Shown: positions 21,882 to 35,520, counted from the first letter of the whole stretch. The stretch: DNA of 62,465 bases, filler included, from Stramenopiles sp. TOSAG23-2 (GCA_900128395.1; 7 parts of 7 records of this genome joined end to end with filler, not necessarily neighbours in it); one strand, 5' to 3'. Notes: generated by a model from the letters alone, not told the origin. Numbers and translations: made by a program.

Positions 21882-22701
21882 GATAACAACACTCACGATT
21901 AACGATGGGTACGTACGAGTGATAATAATTTGTTCTTTATGACATGTACAGACACGCACTCTCTCTATATATACTGTATATATATTCTTTATAAAGATAC
22001 ACCTTGGGAAGTGCTATTACATAATCCCGTATAGCAAGCTGGGCAAGCTATATATTTGAAATTATCAATACGCATACTCGGTAGCTACTACTGGATTATT
22101 TTCCTTGCCGAGCTGATGGCTGGCTGGCTGGCCAGCTGGCCAGGCTCTGGCTGCCAGTAGCTCAGCTACTCTGGACACCAGAGATTTTCCTAGTACCTGA
22201 CAAGGAAAACCCAGCCCGCCAGCTGCGATTTTAATCTCCTTAAAAAGTGGTGGCAAATTTGTCGGTCTGGTATTCTAACGATATAGATAGGATATGGGTA
22301 TATACGCTTCGCTCGCAATGCTAAGTTTATATGTGCTCAGGACCCGGAGTATGATACGAGGATACCTAACTTGGGTACTATAGTGCTGGAGTGCTACTGT
22401 ATTGTACCTGTGCGGCTGTGCTGGTGTGCTGGAGTGCCAGTGTGCGAAAAAAGAAAAAAAAAAGCTTAAATCAGAGACTGCTTAAATATATTTTAAAGTG
22501 CTAAAAGCTAAGCCGCCAGTAAGCACGTAAAACCGCCCTTTTTTTCTCTATGGATTTCTGTTTTTATTTTACATATTTTTGCATCATTGCCATTATATAG
22601 ATCCAGATGTAATTCCAATTGTATATTCACAAAAAATAAGTATCTACGCGCATCTCACGCATAATTATTACCACGTGTCTAATAGTAGGGTGTTTGTTTG
22701 T

Positions 22702-23292
22702 TTAATTTCTTGGAGCACCAAACGCTTCTGGCATTCTTTCCACCGTAAAACGATGTTGGGATATGTACATAATTGGAACACCAGGTACTTTACGTATACG
22801 TCGTCTTAAATCTTTATCACATGTTGCAACAATGTAGCAACGATGCTGTCTTACACGTTCACATAAACAGTCGTCCGCATATGTTCCTTTATGCGTGCAA
22901 ATCAACCTAGTAAAACGTTCATCTTTTGCTATACGTAATGCTAAACGATATTTTGAACCTAATTTTTCCAATTCTGCAATAACGCAATCCGTTATGCATG
23001 GTATACATTTTGCTAATAAACAATCCATCATTGCTTGAAAAAGATCTAACTTATTCTTAATTGCAAAGTTAATAAAGTTAGTATCAACAATGATACGATA
23101 TGGCGGGCCTAGCTGGGTGTTATATTTGAAAAACAATGCTGATGGAATTTGTTCGACACGTTTGACTTTTTTTTTATTTTTTTTCCGTCCACCAATTTGT
23201 GATTTATTTTCATTCTTTTTTAAACGATCATCTTTTGGATTTAAACGCCTTTTTACTAATGCAAATTTTTTTGTCTTTTTCGTCTTTCCCAT
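22702..23292 (-). CDS. FCF1: rRNA-processing PIN endonuclease Fcf1/Utp24
   Basis: [11 protein letters not shown]..., [54 protein letters not shown]. Confidence 0.98.
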   Translation of the reverse strand: MGKTKKTKKFALVKRRLNPKDDRLKKNENKSQIGGRKKNKKKVKRVEQIPSALFFKYNTQLGPPYRIIVDTNFINFAIKNKLDLFQAMMDCLLAKCIPCITDCVIAELEKLGSKYRLALRIAKDERFTRLICTHKGTYADDCLCERVRQHRCYIVATCDKDLRRRIRKVPGVPIMYISQHRFTVERMPEAFGAPRN

Positions 23293-24739
23293 TGTTTCTG
23301 TATCTCTCTCTCTCTATGTATGTATAAATATATTACATGTACTTATGTAAAAACCCTTTCCTACTTTTGTATTTGATTAATTTTTCTCTCTGTCTCTATG
23401 TATATAAAACAGCAGTCCAGGCAGTGTTTTTTTATTTTGAGGCGGTGCATGCAGAGAGGAGGAGCGAATTAATTATAAAACTCTGTATATATAGTCGTCT
23501 GGTAGTCATAATCTTAAGGGCTAGCTCCTATCTGGGCCAGCTAGCCAGGCTAGCTGGCTAGCTAATAACATACAGTACTGTATCTACAGTATACTGTAGC
23601 TCTAGCTACTAGCTACAGTAGCTAGCTGGGCTAGCCGTATCTGACCATGAGTAAAAATATGAATAATAATAGCATAATTTCAATAATAGCTCTATGCTCT
23701 TTAGATACAGTATAGGTTTACTCTACGAGCGTAGTATTCCTGCTGATTACTGGGCGGCCCGCCCTCCGCCCTCCGCCTGATGTAGATCTACTGTCCTCCT
23801 GCTGTGCCTGTACCATTCATTATATGTTTTTCGACAGTTTTTTTGGTATATTTTCGTATGATGACTATCATTTTTCTGTATGAAAACGTATTGTTATACC
23901 GTATATTTCTATCTATCATTATATTAAATATTCGATATATTCCATAAACTGTATTCATAAAAATGACTAATTGACTGGCTTAGAGGAAATGTAGCGTAAA
24001 TATCATATTTACAGCTACAGCAGCAGCACCATTGATGGACGATTATTATACCAGGTATACTAGTTATTTATACTAATAGTAGTGCATTACTACATTAAGA
24101 ATTAATAATAAATAAATAAATACCACATTTATTATTTATAATCATACAAAAACATAGTACTTACATAAAATAATTAACTCATTTGCATCCTTTTTACAGA
24201 TTCCACAACAAAACGATTTAGTTTTTATAATACCTGTTGTTACGTTTTTTCTTATTCCTTTTTTTTGAATAAAATATTATTACAATAATAAATATTTTAT
24301 AGCACATTTTATAATAAGTCATTTTGTGCACGTATAGTTTTATTAGATTTTCTATAATATATATATATATATATATATACGGTTGTGTTTGTTTTTTTCC
24401 TTGTATATATAGCTCGAAGTGAAAAGTATCATTGGCAAGTTGTATATATCGTCAACTTTTTGAAGTATTTTTGTTTATTTTGTTGTTTTGTTTGATTGAT
24501 TTTTGAAATTGATATATTAGCATATATATTTAATTATATATAATCTTATATTTATATTTTCAACGACAAATTAACGAATAAAAATAGGAACCAATACATA
24601 TATTATTTATTGTTTATTTTGACTGCTCTTGATATAATATGAATTCATAATAAATTGATAAATAAGTGATAATAATAATTATAATAACTGAGAATAATAT
24701 ATATATATATATATTGCATCAATCTACAATATATATAGT

Positions 24740-24824
24740 ATGGATCAAGAACGTGGTAAAGCTATTACACGTGTATTAGCCGCTGTCCTAGGAAAGTTAG
24801 TTGCAACAAATGATTCGCAACAAA

Positions 24825-24865
<41 letters not shown>

Positions 24866-25531
24866 TGTCAAAGCCAGCAGCGAGGAGGAGACAATGGTGG
24901 TGTAACTAAGTTTCATGCATTGCGTGCGCCATCTATATCTATACAAGATTATTTAGATCGTATATTTAAATATGCATCCTGTAGCTGCGAGTGCTTTGTA
25001 TTAGCACTTATTTATATTGATCGTGTAATACAAAGGCAAAATTTTGTAATTAATTCATTAAATGTACATCGTATCATCATTACAAGTGTAATGTTATCCG
25101 CTAAATTTTTCGATGATCATTATTTTAAAAACGCATTTTATGCAAAAGTCGGTGGTGTACCATGTGCTGAAATGAACTCGTTAGAAGTTGAATTTTTATT
25201 TTTAATCAATTTTAGTTTACATGTGTCCCCAGATAATTATTCAAGGTATTACAACGAGTTGTGTAACCATGCCAGGACAATGGCTGATATGGTTGTACCA
25301 CCACCACTACCATCTCCAACACCGCATGGAAATGTTTTACATGCTCCAATGACAAACAATAATAAAATAAATGCGAATATGAATAATAATAACAATAAAG
25401 AAGAACAGGAACAAATGGCGGATGCTATTCAAGCAACAATTGTTGATAATAATAATAGGAATAGTAATAATACAACGGATGATAATACAATGGATGTTGA
25501 TACGTATGATGGAATTACAACCAGATGTTAG
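24740..25531 (+). CDS. PHO80-like (P/U-type) cyclin
   Basis: [77 protein letters not shown]. Confidence 0.95.
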
Positions 25532-26437
25532 CAACCAAATAATATTAATACGTATGCATATATGCATATCATCATATATATATCATATATATATCATATA
25601 TATATATGAATATGATATCATACCGTATGATAAATAATTTCTATATAATGCACTAAATGATGTTCAACAAAAAGAATCTATTATAATTATTTCGAGAGAG
25701 TAGAAAACGAAAATATTTTAAAATATACGACCCCATGTACAATTTTTGTTGTTGTGAAAAAATAGAAAGATGAAAAAACTAAAAAAATAATAATAATATA
25801 AAAGTGTAAGAGTAAACGCGACATCCAGCGATCCAGCGCGTTCAACGAGTGCGCAGTGAAGGATAGACACCCTACTCATGCTTGTAGAGTACGAATATTA
25901 GAGTGTAGACGTGCATTAGAGCTTTACTATAGTGTAGGATTGACTATTATTTCTGAGATAGAGTATTGAGCATAGTATTTACCACACGGGAAGTAAAATT
26001 ATTACGACGTATAATAACTTAAATTTTAACCACATCATATATGACCCATGTAAGCTGGTAAGATGTTAGATAAGGATCAGGAGGATCAGTACTAATATAA
26101 TAGTGTATATTTAAGTACAATATGTAGTATTCTAAACTAAACATTTATACCACTTTAACATAGTATTATTAATTTCTACTTTTTTTATTGAAAAACAACT
26201 CATGTGTGTTTTATTGTTGAAAATGGTACGAGCATACTCGTCAGAAGAAATAAATTTAATATGATACATTATACATAGGAGATAAAATACAACATCACAT
26301 ATCATATATAATGAATTATTAATATATAATTCGTATAATATGTATATAATATGAAAATATATGTGTCAATAACTCCTATAACATGAATTACTGAGATGAA
26401 ATATTTTTTCAATTCGTCATATTATCAACAAATAATA

Positions 26438-26785
26438 TTATGAGTTTTTTAACATCATCTTTTCAATAGTAGCTTCTGTATCACCATTCAAAATTGGTTC
26501 AGAAATAGATGAGATGCATAAAAAAGTGATAGCAATAAAATATGTTGATAGTATTTGAATATTGTATTGAACATCTTCATCTGTTTCTACAAAACGACCA
26601 TATCCAATAAAACTATCAGAAATAACAAACAAAACAGAACCTATTAAGTAACCAGGTGCACGCCATCTTGGCAATAAAACCATTAAATGTTTCATTTTCT
26701 TTGGCTCATCTTCTATGGTGTGACGTACCCTTTTCTCTAATCTATGATTCCAAAGTGCCATGAAAAACATCATACCTATTACAAA
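26438..26785 (-). CDS. YhhN/TMEM86-like (lysoplasmalogenase family) membrane protein, C-terminal fragment
   Basis: GSVLFVISDSFIG...RF...ILSTYF.A motif; 5' part cut by contig end. Confidence 0.7.
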   Translation of the reverse strand, partial: FVIGMMFFMALWNHRLEKRVRHTIEDEPKKMKHLMVLLPRWRAPGYLIGSVLFVISDSFIGYGRFVETDEDVQYNIQILSTYFIAITFLCISSISEPILNGDTEATIEKMMLKNS

Positions 26786-26885
26786 NNNNNNNNNNNNNNN
26801 NNNNNNNNNNNNNNNNNNNNNNNNNNNNNTTAATTAATTAANNNNNNNNNNNNNNNNNNNNNNNNNNNNNNNNNNNNNNNNNNNN
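26786..26885. other. Artificial contig linker
   Basis: N44-TTAATTAATTAA-N44. Confidence 0.99.
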
Positions 26886-27606
26886 AGTGTAATCAGATAA
26901 GGACCAACGCCATTGGTACGATAATACAGGAGCTCGATGAGGATTGGCAATACCTTTTGGTTTTCCTGTAGTTCCACTGGTATAGACAACAAAGGATAAA
27001 TTATCTAATGTAGCACGAGGAGCAGCAATTCGCTTTGCCTCCAATTGAGCAGCGTCAAGGTTTAAATCAGTTAATAGTGCCATGACTGTATCATAATTGT
27101 CATCAACTATAAATGTTGGTGCATTATCAACATTTTTTAATTTCGTTGCAAATGCTCGTGTTGTTAAAATAACTTTTTTTTAATTTCGTTGCAAATGCTC
27201 GTGTTGTTAAAATAACTTTTACTTGCGAGTCATCCACTACTTCACGAATTTTATTCAATGGAAATGAACTTTCAATAGTAACGAAACACCCACCAGCAGA
27301 CATGGCAGCCATCAAACTGATCATGTAATTCACAGATGGTTCCATATATACACCAACAGGACTGTCCAAACCAACATTAAATCTTGTACGTAAATGTTTC
27401 CCTAAAGCAAGTACTCGTAAATTTAATTCTTCATATGTTAACGAACGTTTATCATCAACTACTGCGACAGCATCAGGTGTAAGCAACGCTTGCCTATGAA
27501 ATTGTTCATGTAATGGTAATAATCGAAATTCTTCCGTACGTGTTTGTTTTGGCAATCTTTCTAACCATGTATTTAAATATGCATCTGTAGAAGTTATATT
27601 GGACAT
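26886..27606 (-). CDS. NRPS-like adenylation-domain protein (ATRR/NPS10-like), N-terminal part; frameshift caused by a 43-bp tandem duplication; truncated by contig end
   Basis: LHEQF.RQA..TPDAVAV, A1 motif SLTYEELN, A3 motif YTSGTTGKPKG followed by IANPHRAPVLSY; deleting the 43-bp duplicate (27138 vs 27181) joins the two ORFs in frame. Confidence 0.85.
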
Positions 27607-27920
27607 TTTCTTTATATATATATATAACTGTATTAATAATAATGATTTATTTCCCTTGATGAAATAATAATAATAATAAAAGTATATTGGTAAGATTTAT
27701 TAAATAGTTTTGTATAAAAAAATCTGGCAAATAATATTGATTATCACAGTAATGTATATGTTTAAATATATGTTAATTTTTTATTTGACACTCTAGCTTG
27801 AAAAAAGCTTTTCGGCTTCTTTAATATGTTTCTTTGTTTGTATAAAAAAATCTGGCAAATAATATTGATTATCACAGTAATGTATATGTTTAAATATATG
27901 TTAATTTTTTATTTGACACT

Positions 27921-29596
27921 CTAGCTTGAAAAAAGCTTTTTGGCTTCTTTAATTTCTTTCTTTGTTTTCAATTTTTTTAACTTTGTGTGTGTTTTTTTAT
28001 AAAAAATCAATCCAAGACCAGGTTTATCTTTGTAAAATACGCAAACAGTTTGGTCATAACTGGCGGCTGCCTTAGCCTTTTTCCCCGAATCAAAACATGA
28101 ATTCCCATTGTGGCCATTTAAATATATGTTGAAAATTTTTCTATTTTTTTCCTTTTCTGCTGCTAATTTTTGCTTCTTATTTGCAACACTTTTCTTCACA
28201 CGATAAAGATTTTTTGCTTTAAAGGCAGGCTGTTGTTTACGTGCTTTAATTTCAGGCCTTTGGTGATAATCCTTTTCGTATTGTCGTCTTTTTGCTTCAC
28301 GATGTTGTCGTTGGTGTTCAAGTCTATTTTCACGATATTTCATTTTTTCACGATATTTTTGTTGGTATGCTACTCTATTTTCACGATATTCTGAATCTGT
28401 CGCATACTTCAATTTCATCTTACGATTTTTTAAAAGCCTTTTTTCCTCCTTGGTTAAACCAGTACGGAAATTTTCATTTACTTCCCTCATTTCTTGCAAA
28501 CTCATTTTATTTTCCGAGCAAAACCATAGCAATAGCATCAATGCCCAAACATCATATAATGCATTATGATTTTGTTGGTTTTCTACCATTTTTTCAAACA
28601 GCAAAACCATAGCAATAGCATCAATGCCCAAACATCATATAATGCATTATGATTTTGTTGGTTTTCTACCATTTTTTCAAACTCAATAGGACAAAAATTT
28701 CCACATGAAATTTCTCCCCCTTCTTTAAACCATGATGAAATTATATCCGCAACTTTTTCTCCACTATTAAATCTATCTCCTAATGTGTCCATGGCAACAC
28801 TAGATTTATTTTCTTTAGAATTTAACAAAATTCTGAAAATGTTTACTGAATTTAAAATTGTGCATTTTGGCCAAATAAATTTATAACGCTTGAACAATGC
28901 TTCCATTTTACCAGTGTCGACTTTACCTCCTTGTTCAATAATTAAAACATCCTCTGCTTTTTCATTCCCAAAAAGCTCGTTTTTAATGGTTTCAATTATT
29001 TCGCGAGAAATTTCCGGTCGAGGGTTCTCTTCATCCTTTGCTTCATGCAACAAAATATCGTAAATACGATGGAATCTATGAACAAATTGTTCCCTCGGTA
29101 TAAACCCACTACTTTCACGATCTTTCAAATCGTGAACATAGTGGTTGTGACTTGTTACACCATCTTCTGTAACAATCAAATAGCTTAATTCATAGACGGA
29201 AAACCAATCCAAGTTTTTCCTATTTTTCTTATTTAAAATGAGAAATTCCAAATCTATAATAATCGACCTTTTTTTGATGGGAATACCAACAATCAAATAG
29301 CTTAATTCATAGACGGAAAACCAATCCAAGTTTTTCCTATTTTTCTTATTTAAAATGAGAAATTCCAAATCTATAATAATCGACCTTTTTTTGATGGGAA
29401 TACCATTGCTGTTACAAAACTTTGTCCAAAATGCCCAAAAGTTTTTCGGTGTTTTCATGAGTTCAAGTTTTGCCTTAACCCATGCTGCTGTCATTTCTAC
29501 CTTGTTGCTGCTATTACTACTACTACTACTACTGGAGCTACTACTACCAACCGAGGTAAGTCTTTTTCTTTTTTTTCTATTTCCTTTTTTTCCCAT
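27921..29596 (-). CDS. DEDDh (DnaQ-like) 3'-5' exonuclease with basic C-terminal tail; about 491 aa after removing 117-bp and 83-bp duplications
   Basis: ExoI IIIDLEF, following VYELSY, ExoII-like EQGGKVD, ExoIII HNALYDV; duplicates at 29171/29288 and 28517/28600. Confidence 0.7.
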
Positions 29597-29756
29597 TGTG
29601 CTTTGTGCGTGCTACTACTATTATTATTACTATTACTACTTATCGTGATACGTCAAGATACAACTGACAATACCAATAAGTTGTTCGACGTAGGTAACCA
29701 CACCTATTATAATATATGTATTTTAGGTATTGTCAGTTGTATGCTTGAAGTAAACA

Positions 29757-30134
29757 CTTTAAGCAAAATAAAAACGTTAAACGTGTGACGTTAAAATATA
29801 CCAAATACAACTTTAAGCAAAATAAAATACTTTAAACGCGTGACGGTAAAATATACAAATACGAACTTCAAGCAAAATAAAATACTTTAAACGCGTGACG
29901 GTAAAATATACAAATACGAACTTCAAGCAAAATAAAATACTTTAAACGCGTGACGGTAAAATATACAAATACGAACTTCAAGCAAAATAAAATACTTTAA
30001 ACGCGTGACGGTAAAATATACAAATACGAACTTCAAGCAAAATAAAATACTTTAAACGCGTGACGTTTTTGTTACAAAAAAATATATATATCGAATACGA
30101 ACTTTAAACAAATTAAAAACTTTAAACGCGTGAC
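29757..30134. repeat. 55-bp tandem array (5 near-perfect plus 2 degenerate units) containing ACGCGT
   Basis: Unit aagcaaaataaaatactttaaacgcgtgacggtaaaatatacaaatacgaacttc; tttaaacgcg at 29831, 29886, 29941, 29996, 30051; degenerate near 29777 and 30121. Confidence 0.95.
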
Positions 30135-30209
30135 TTGTTTGTTATGTGTACTAAAAAAAAAAAATTGAAAATCTTTGAAAGATTTTCACGACAAAAATAT
30201 AACTTGTTA

Positions 30210-30301
30210 GTATATATACATATTTGTACATGTGATGTATGTGTGTGTGTGTGTATATATATATTTATATATATGCAAGCATGTATATATATGTGTGTGT
30301 G

Positions 30302-30342
<41 letters not shown>

Positions 30343-30510
30343 ACATATACATGTAAATATAAATAAATAACATATACGTATACATGATGTATATGTTATT
30401 TATTTATATTTACATGTATATGTATACATACATATACATATATATATGTATATAAAGAAATATGTATGTTATGTATGTATGTATGTGTGTGTGTATATAT
30501 ATATATATGT
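30210..30510. repeat. (TA)n/(TG)n/TACA microsatellite region, partly palindromic
   Basis: Dinucleotide runs; inverted repeat around 30335..30445. Confidence 0.85.
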
Positions 30511-31708
30511 AAGTAGTACTTACTTCTTTTTCTTTAATACTTGTGTTTTTCTGTTATGTTTCTACCTTTTGTATTAGTTTCAACTAAGAATATATTTTAA
30601 TTTTAATAATAATATATATATTTTAAATTTCAAACAACCTTCATTCATTTTTTCGAAGAAGTGCGAGATGGTAAATAATTTCCGTGGTTTAAATCAACAA
30701 TATAGGAATAGGCTTGAATGCAGTATTTACATAGGTAAACGGCGAATATATACTTAACGAATACCAGGGAAATAACATGCAATACCGATAGCGACAAGCT
30801 GTTTCGGGATGAAATTCGTTTAAAAAAGAATTGATAGTTTAGCAAGAACATACCATCATATTTCAGTTCCTATATACCGCGCCTCGAAACTCGAAAATAT
30901 AACCAATAAGAAGTACAACTACTTTTCATAGTCTAACAAGTGAAAAAAAATGAAAAATTCACAACATTTTAGTACGAAACCATAGAGTACAAAATCACAT
31001 TTTATTGATAGGTAAAAATTCAAATTCCATGAAAAAATAAAAAGTTAAAAATAGCAAAAAATAAATACCATCACGGTGACGATTTTTGATGAAAACAAAA
31101 ACCTTAAAAATTAGTATACTATTTATTGTACTTTTTGAAATTGAAAAATTTTGACCGTACTGAAAACGGTTCCTGGCCAAATCCGTGAATTTTTAAAAAA
31201 ATTGTACTCATTAGTATATGGATTTATGTTTAAATTATGTGTTGTTTTATTTCAGGGCATATATAGGAACAATAATGTCAATAATGTGCCGTTATTTGAA
31301 AGTGAGATTTATCAAAAAATAACACAATAAATTATTTTGCAAATAATCTATTATTTTTGATAGGTAAAAACGATCATCCCCCCTGGCGACAAGTCGATTT
31401 ATACGATTGCTAGTGGAGTGTCTATGACTTTGTATTCTAAATACTACAGAAATAATATTAATACTATATAAATATACATTTAACATAAATATACATGTAG
31501 CCAAAACCAGCCAAAAAAATATATACATGCATATTTAAATACACTCATACATAGCTCTCTCTCTCTCTAAATATATATATATACATATATTACGATTACA
31601 TCCAACACAACATACAAATATATATATACTACATGAATGAATATTTCACTATACATATATAATATACATATAGTACAACAAATAAATAGGTGAACAAGTA
31701 CAAACAAT

Positions 31709-34502
31709 ATGTCAACAAATATTAATACAAATAATACCACCACCAATGGTAAAACAATATGTAACACCTTCACTTTACAAGAACACATGTATCTACAGAC
31801 GATATTACTTCATATGAATGCATCTGAAAACCTATCTACTGTTACGGAAGACTCGAACAATTCTAATAACATACAAAACGACGAAACAAATGTAACTAAC
31901 AACTACGTAAATAAATTATGGAGTTATGCGGATATTCTATACACACCAGATATTATACAAGTTGTACGGTGTGAAAATACGAAGGATGTCCAGGAAATAA
32001 AATCATGCAACTTGCACTTAACAAAAAAAAAAATGGAAGCACATTGTAAATGCACTTGTTATTATAACAATTTACAACCCTTCAAAGACATGAAAACAAA
32101 TATTGAACTATCCAAAAGAAGTGGTCCTAGTATGCAACCAACAGAACGATATGAATGGTTTTATCTACAAAGTTTACGACGTATTATTTGTTCTCGTGAA
32201 TTCAACGGTGGGCCATTACAATATGTAAAAGGTGGGAATTTAGTAGTAACTATCGGTGGTAAAAAAACCAAACCAAATGGTAATATTTTACATTTAAGTA
32301 CATACTCCAATGTATGCATTGGATCAAAAATTGAGGTATTAGATTCCGTTCAATCAAAGACACCAAAAGAAACAATTCAAATAGTGCAGGCAAAACCGTT
32401 TGTAGAATCTCTTGATCGTGGTGTTGTTAATCTTAAAGCGAATCAACGGTTTACACTCCCATCGTCAACAAACGAATACAATTCCAGAAAAAAGGAAGGT
32501 CTTGGAAATGAAAAACATCGTTTTCAAAACGAGCCATCTACAAGCAAAATTATGGGTATGATAGGCATGGCATGCAGCGGTAAAAATGGTGCCATCGCAA
32601 ATGTTGCTAATGACGTAGGTGTTACGATACGTTGGGGCGAGGAAGACGATTTACAAGCCTTTCAAACAATTCAAGACAGGAGAAATAATAATATCAATAT
32701 GAACGTAGATACGGGAAGCGATAATAATAACAATATTAATAGCGACATAACCGAAAAAAACAAGAAAAAAATTACCATGAATAAGACCACAAACAATCAA
32801 AAAGGTTTTGGATATTCGAATAACAATATCAATTGGATTACAGTTACATTTGACGAGGAATGTATGAACGTACCGGTTGATGCTACGTACAAAGATATTT
32901 ACAATTCCAAACGAGATCAAAGGAAAAATGGTGAATATAAAACTACCAATTGGAACCTTGCAATTCATAAATGGTTACGGAAATTACCAACAATTAAAAA
33001 TTTACAATTCCAAACGAGATCAAAGGAAAAATGGTGAATATAAAACTACCAATTGGAACCTTGCAATTCATAAATGGTTACGGAAATTACCAACAATTAA
33101 AAATTGTAACAACGATTGTAACTTACCAAGTAGATGGAGAGACTTCAAAGTTATGTTAACAAATTTGGATTTTAAACTGATACGCCCAGAATACAACGTT
33201 GGCAACGGTGTCGAAAAAAAGAAAACGTTTTTTTTCCAACATTGTTTTTTTTCTCCAAACCATACGTATTTATGGAAGTATATACGCAGACGTTCTGCAA
33301 AAGTGTCTAAACAATGGAAATTACAACCGATTTACCACCATAAATACAACATGCAATCAAATGACGGCAGTAGTTGCAAGAAAACAATGCAACGCGTTAA
33401 TCCACGAGCTAAGGTCAATTACATTACTGGATATGTATCCATCGATAAGAACAAAAAGATACAAGGTGTAACTGCATGGGAGACAAAACAAATATACAAT
33501 AAATTTGTACCTGTATCGATCTCCAGAAATTGTTATGTATGCCACGCTACATATCGATCCGATACGAAACAATTTTCAATTGCGTTTGAAGATATAACCA
33601 ACAACAATGACGGCGAGTTAAGTGCTGAGGAAAAAAACAAAGTAATGCAAGATAAGAAAGATATATTACAACATTATGTACAACAAGGTAATCGTGTATA
33701 TGGGATCGGTTTAAAATTATTAGCAACTATCGATTCCAATGTAAAGGTTCAACGAAACAAAGTGTTATTTAAATTAGAAAATTCGGAAACGTATGAGGAA
33801 CACGATATACCGACAGCAGGATTGCAATTAACAATTGAACATATATGCAAAGGATGTAACACGTGTAATAACTTTGTAAATCAACACAATATTATCAACG
33901 CGTACAACCGTTTATCGCATAATGAATTTTTTGAATTTTACAAAATATATCGAAAAGACATATCCAATATGGTATATTACATGTTATCGTCTCATAAGGT
34001 AGTTGATTTTACTCTTTCAGCAAAAAATCATCACAAAGCATTTTTAAAAGTAAAAAAAAAAGTAAAAGTAGGAAATGGTAAAGAAAGTACGGAAGTAGAC
34101 AAAAGTATAGGTATGATAGGCGCATTTTACGAATTTGTGTTGGATTATAGTGGACCCGATAATATATTTCATCAATACAACGATACCAAGGATGGTGGTA
34201 AATTGAAGTGGAGAAGAACAGAGAAACTAAAAGATGATTTCACTTGGCCTGTATTGACAGATATGTTTAATAAGAAAAATAAATGTAATGTTATTGCAAT
34301 TAAGTTCAGCAAATGGCTTCGAATAATGAATGAAAGATTAGGTAATGGGAAAAAATGGAATGGGCAACGATGGATAACGGAGGGCATAAACAACGAATCC
34401 AAGAACCCTTCCTCTTTTTTTCGGTCTTTACGTAACCACATTCTAACACTCTCTAGGAAGGTTTATAATTTCTTATATTTCCCTACTATATATAAAAATT
34501 AA
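31709..34502 (+). CDS. Large orphan protein (about 896 aa after removing a 103-bp duplication), Cys/His clusters
   Basis: Two long ORFs join in frame on deleting the duplicate 32897/33000; motifs HCKCTC, CYVCH, HICKGCNTC; no family recognised. Confidence 0.6.
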
Positions 34503-34557
34503 TGCAAATAACTTATTTTTTAATTTAACTCATATTATATTTTATTGCAAGCTATTC

Positions 34558-34920
34558 TTATTTCCTTTTTACTCGAATCTTGTACATACGTTTATTATTA
34601 GCTTTTTTCTTTTTTATTTTCCTTTTTTTCTTTTTCCAATCTCCACTATTATTATTATTATTAATATTATTAGTATTATTATTCATACCACCATCATCAT
34701 TTCGTCCTTGGAATGTGTTCCGATTATTATCGATATGTTGCATATTAAATGATGCATTCATATTCCTACCATCTAACATCATATCACTGCGGCGTCTTTT
34801 TTTATTTATTTTCAACGAAGAAGAAGAAACATTTCCAGCTTGTTGTTCCATTAATTTTGCATAATGTTTATACGACTTCTCCGCACAAGATGGGAAGGAG
34901 AAAAAAAGCCAGAAATGCAT
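34558..34920 (-). CDS. Hypothetical basic/Asn-rich ORF, partial paralog of 35116..35520
   Basis: Shares AEKSYKHYAKL..QQAGN.SSSSLKINKKR.RSD with the neighbouring ORF; no clear start. Confidence 0.3.
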   Translation of the reverse strand: MHFWLFFSFPSCAEKSYKHYAKLMEQQAGNVSSSSLKINKKRRRSDMMLDGRNMNASFNMQHIDNNRNTFQGRNDDGGMNNNTNNINNNNNSGDWKKKKRKIKKKKANNKRMYKIRVKRK

Positions 34921-35115
34921 TGGTGTAAGATTGTGTCTCTGGGATAGAGAAAGTTACCTACCAATGATACTTCCGGTTCACAAACTATATATATTTAATG
35001 ATGAGTAAAATCTTTTAATTATTTAAATATAAGAGAATTATTTATGATATAATATGATTATATTATAAAATATTATAACTTAGATTTTAACCATCATTTT
35101 ATATATACTCTTATT

Positions 35116-35520
35116 TTATTGTACCTGTACTAAATCAAGAAAGTCCTTCTTGATGCCCGACTTTCCTTGTTGCCTCTGATATTTTTTTTTAACTCGAACC
35201 TTTATTGTTGTGCCTTTCTTAATACCACCCCTCCTCATCATACCTTCTTTTGTAGCATTTGTATTGTCCCCTTTTCGCCTGTCCCTCATCCCAATATTTA
35301 TGAAGGAGCAGTTGTTATTTGATTCAACAACTACTCCAACATACACGCTCCCTTCATTTACCTCAGCATAGTCAATAAGACTTTTAGTACGATCAATTGC
35401 TTCTACGTTGTTATCACTGCGGCCTCTTTTTTTATTTATTTTCAACGAAGAAGAAGAACCATTTCCAGCTTGTTGTTGCGTTAATTTTGCATAATGTTTA
35501 TACGACTTCTCCGCAATCAA
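35116..35520 (-). CDS. S1-like (OB-fold) RNA-binding domain fragment
   Basis: EVNEGSVYVGVVVESNNNCSFINIG...EGMM...IKKGTTIKVRV resembles the S1 pattern (G....G.V......G.FV.IG...G.......G..V.V.V); 5' end scrambled at contig edge. Confidence 0.5.
   Translation of the reverse strand: MIAEKSYKHYAKLTQQQAGNGSSSSLKINKKRGRSDNNVEAIDRTKSLIDYAEVNEGSVYVGVVVESNNNCSFINIGMRDRRKGDNTNATKEGMMRRGGIKKGTTIKVRVKKKYQRQQGKSGIKKDFLDLVQVQ

Noticed and set aside
27083-27200. Programmed frameshifts or pseudogenes in NRPS, exonuclease, orphan and coiled-coil genes
   Set aside because: Each break coincides with a short tandem duplicate whose removal restores the frame
26438-27606. YhhN plus NRPS as a choline/lipid gene cluster
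   Set aside because: Separated by an artificial linker; different contigs
29757-30134. CRISPR array next to a DEDDh nuclease
   Set aside because: Units are wholly identical with no unique spacers; no cas genes; eukaryotic context
30122-30385. Tyr/Ile-rich short ORFs
   Set aside because: Translations of (TA)n/(TG)n microsatellites
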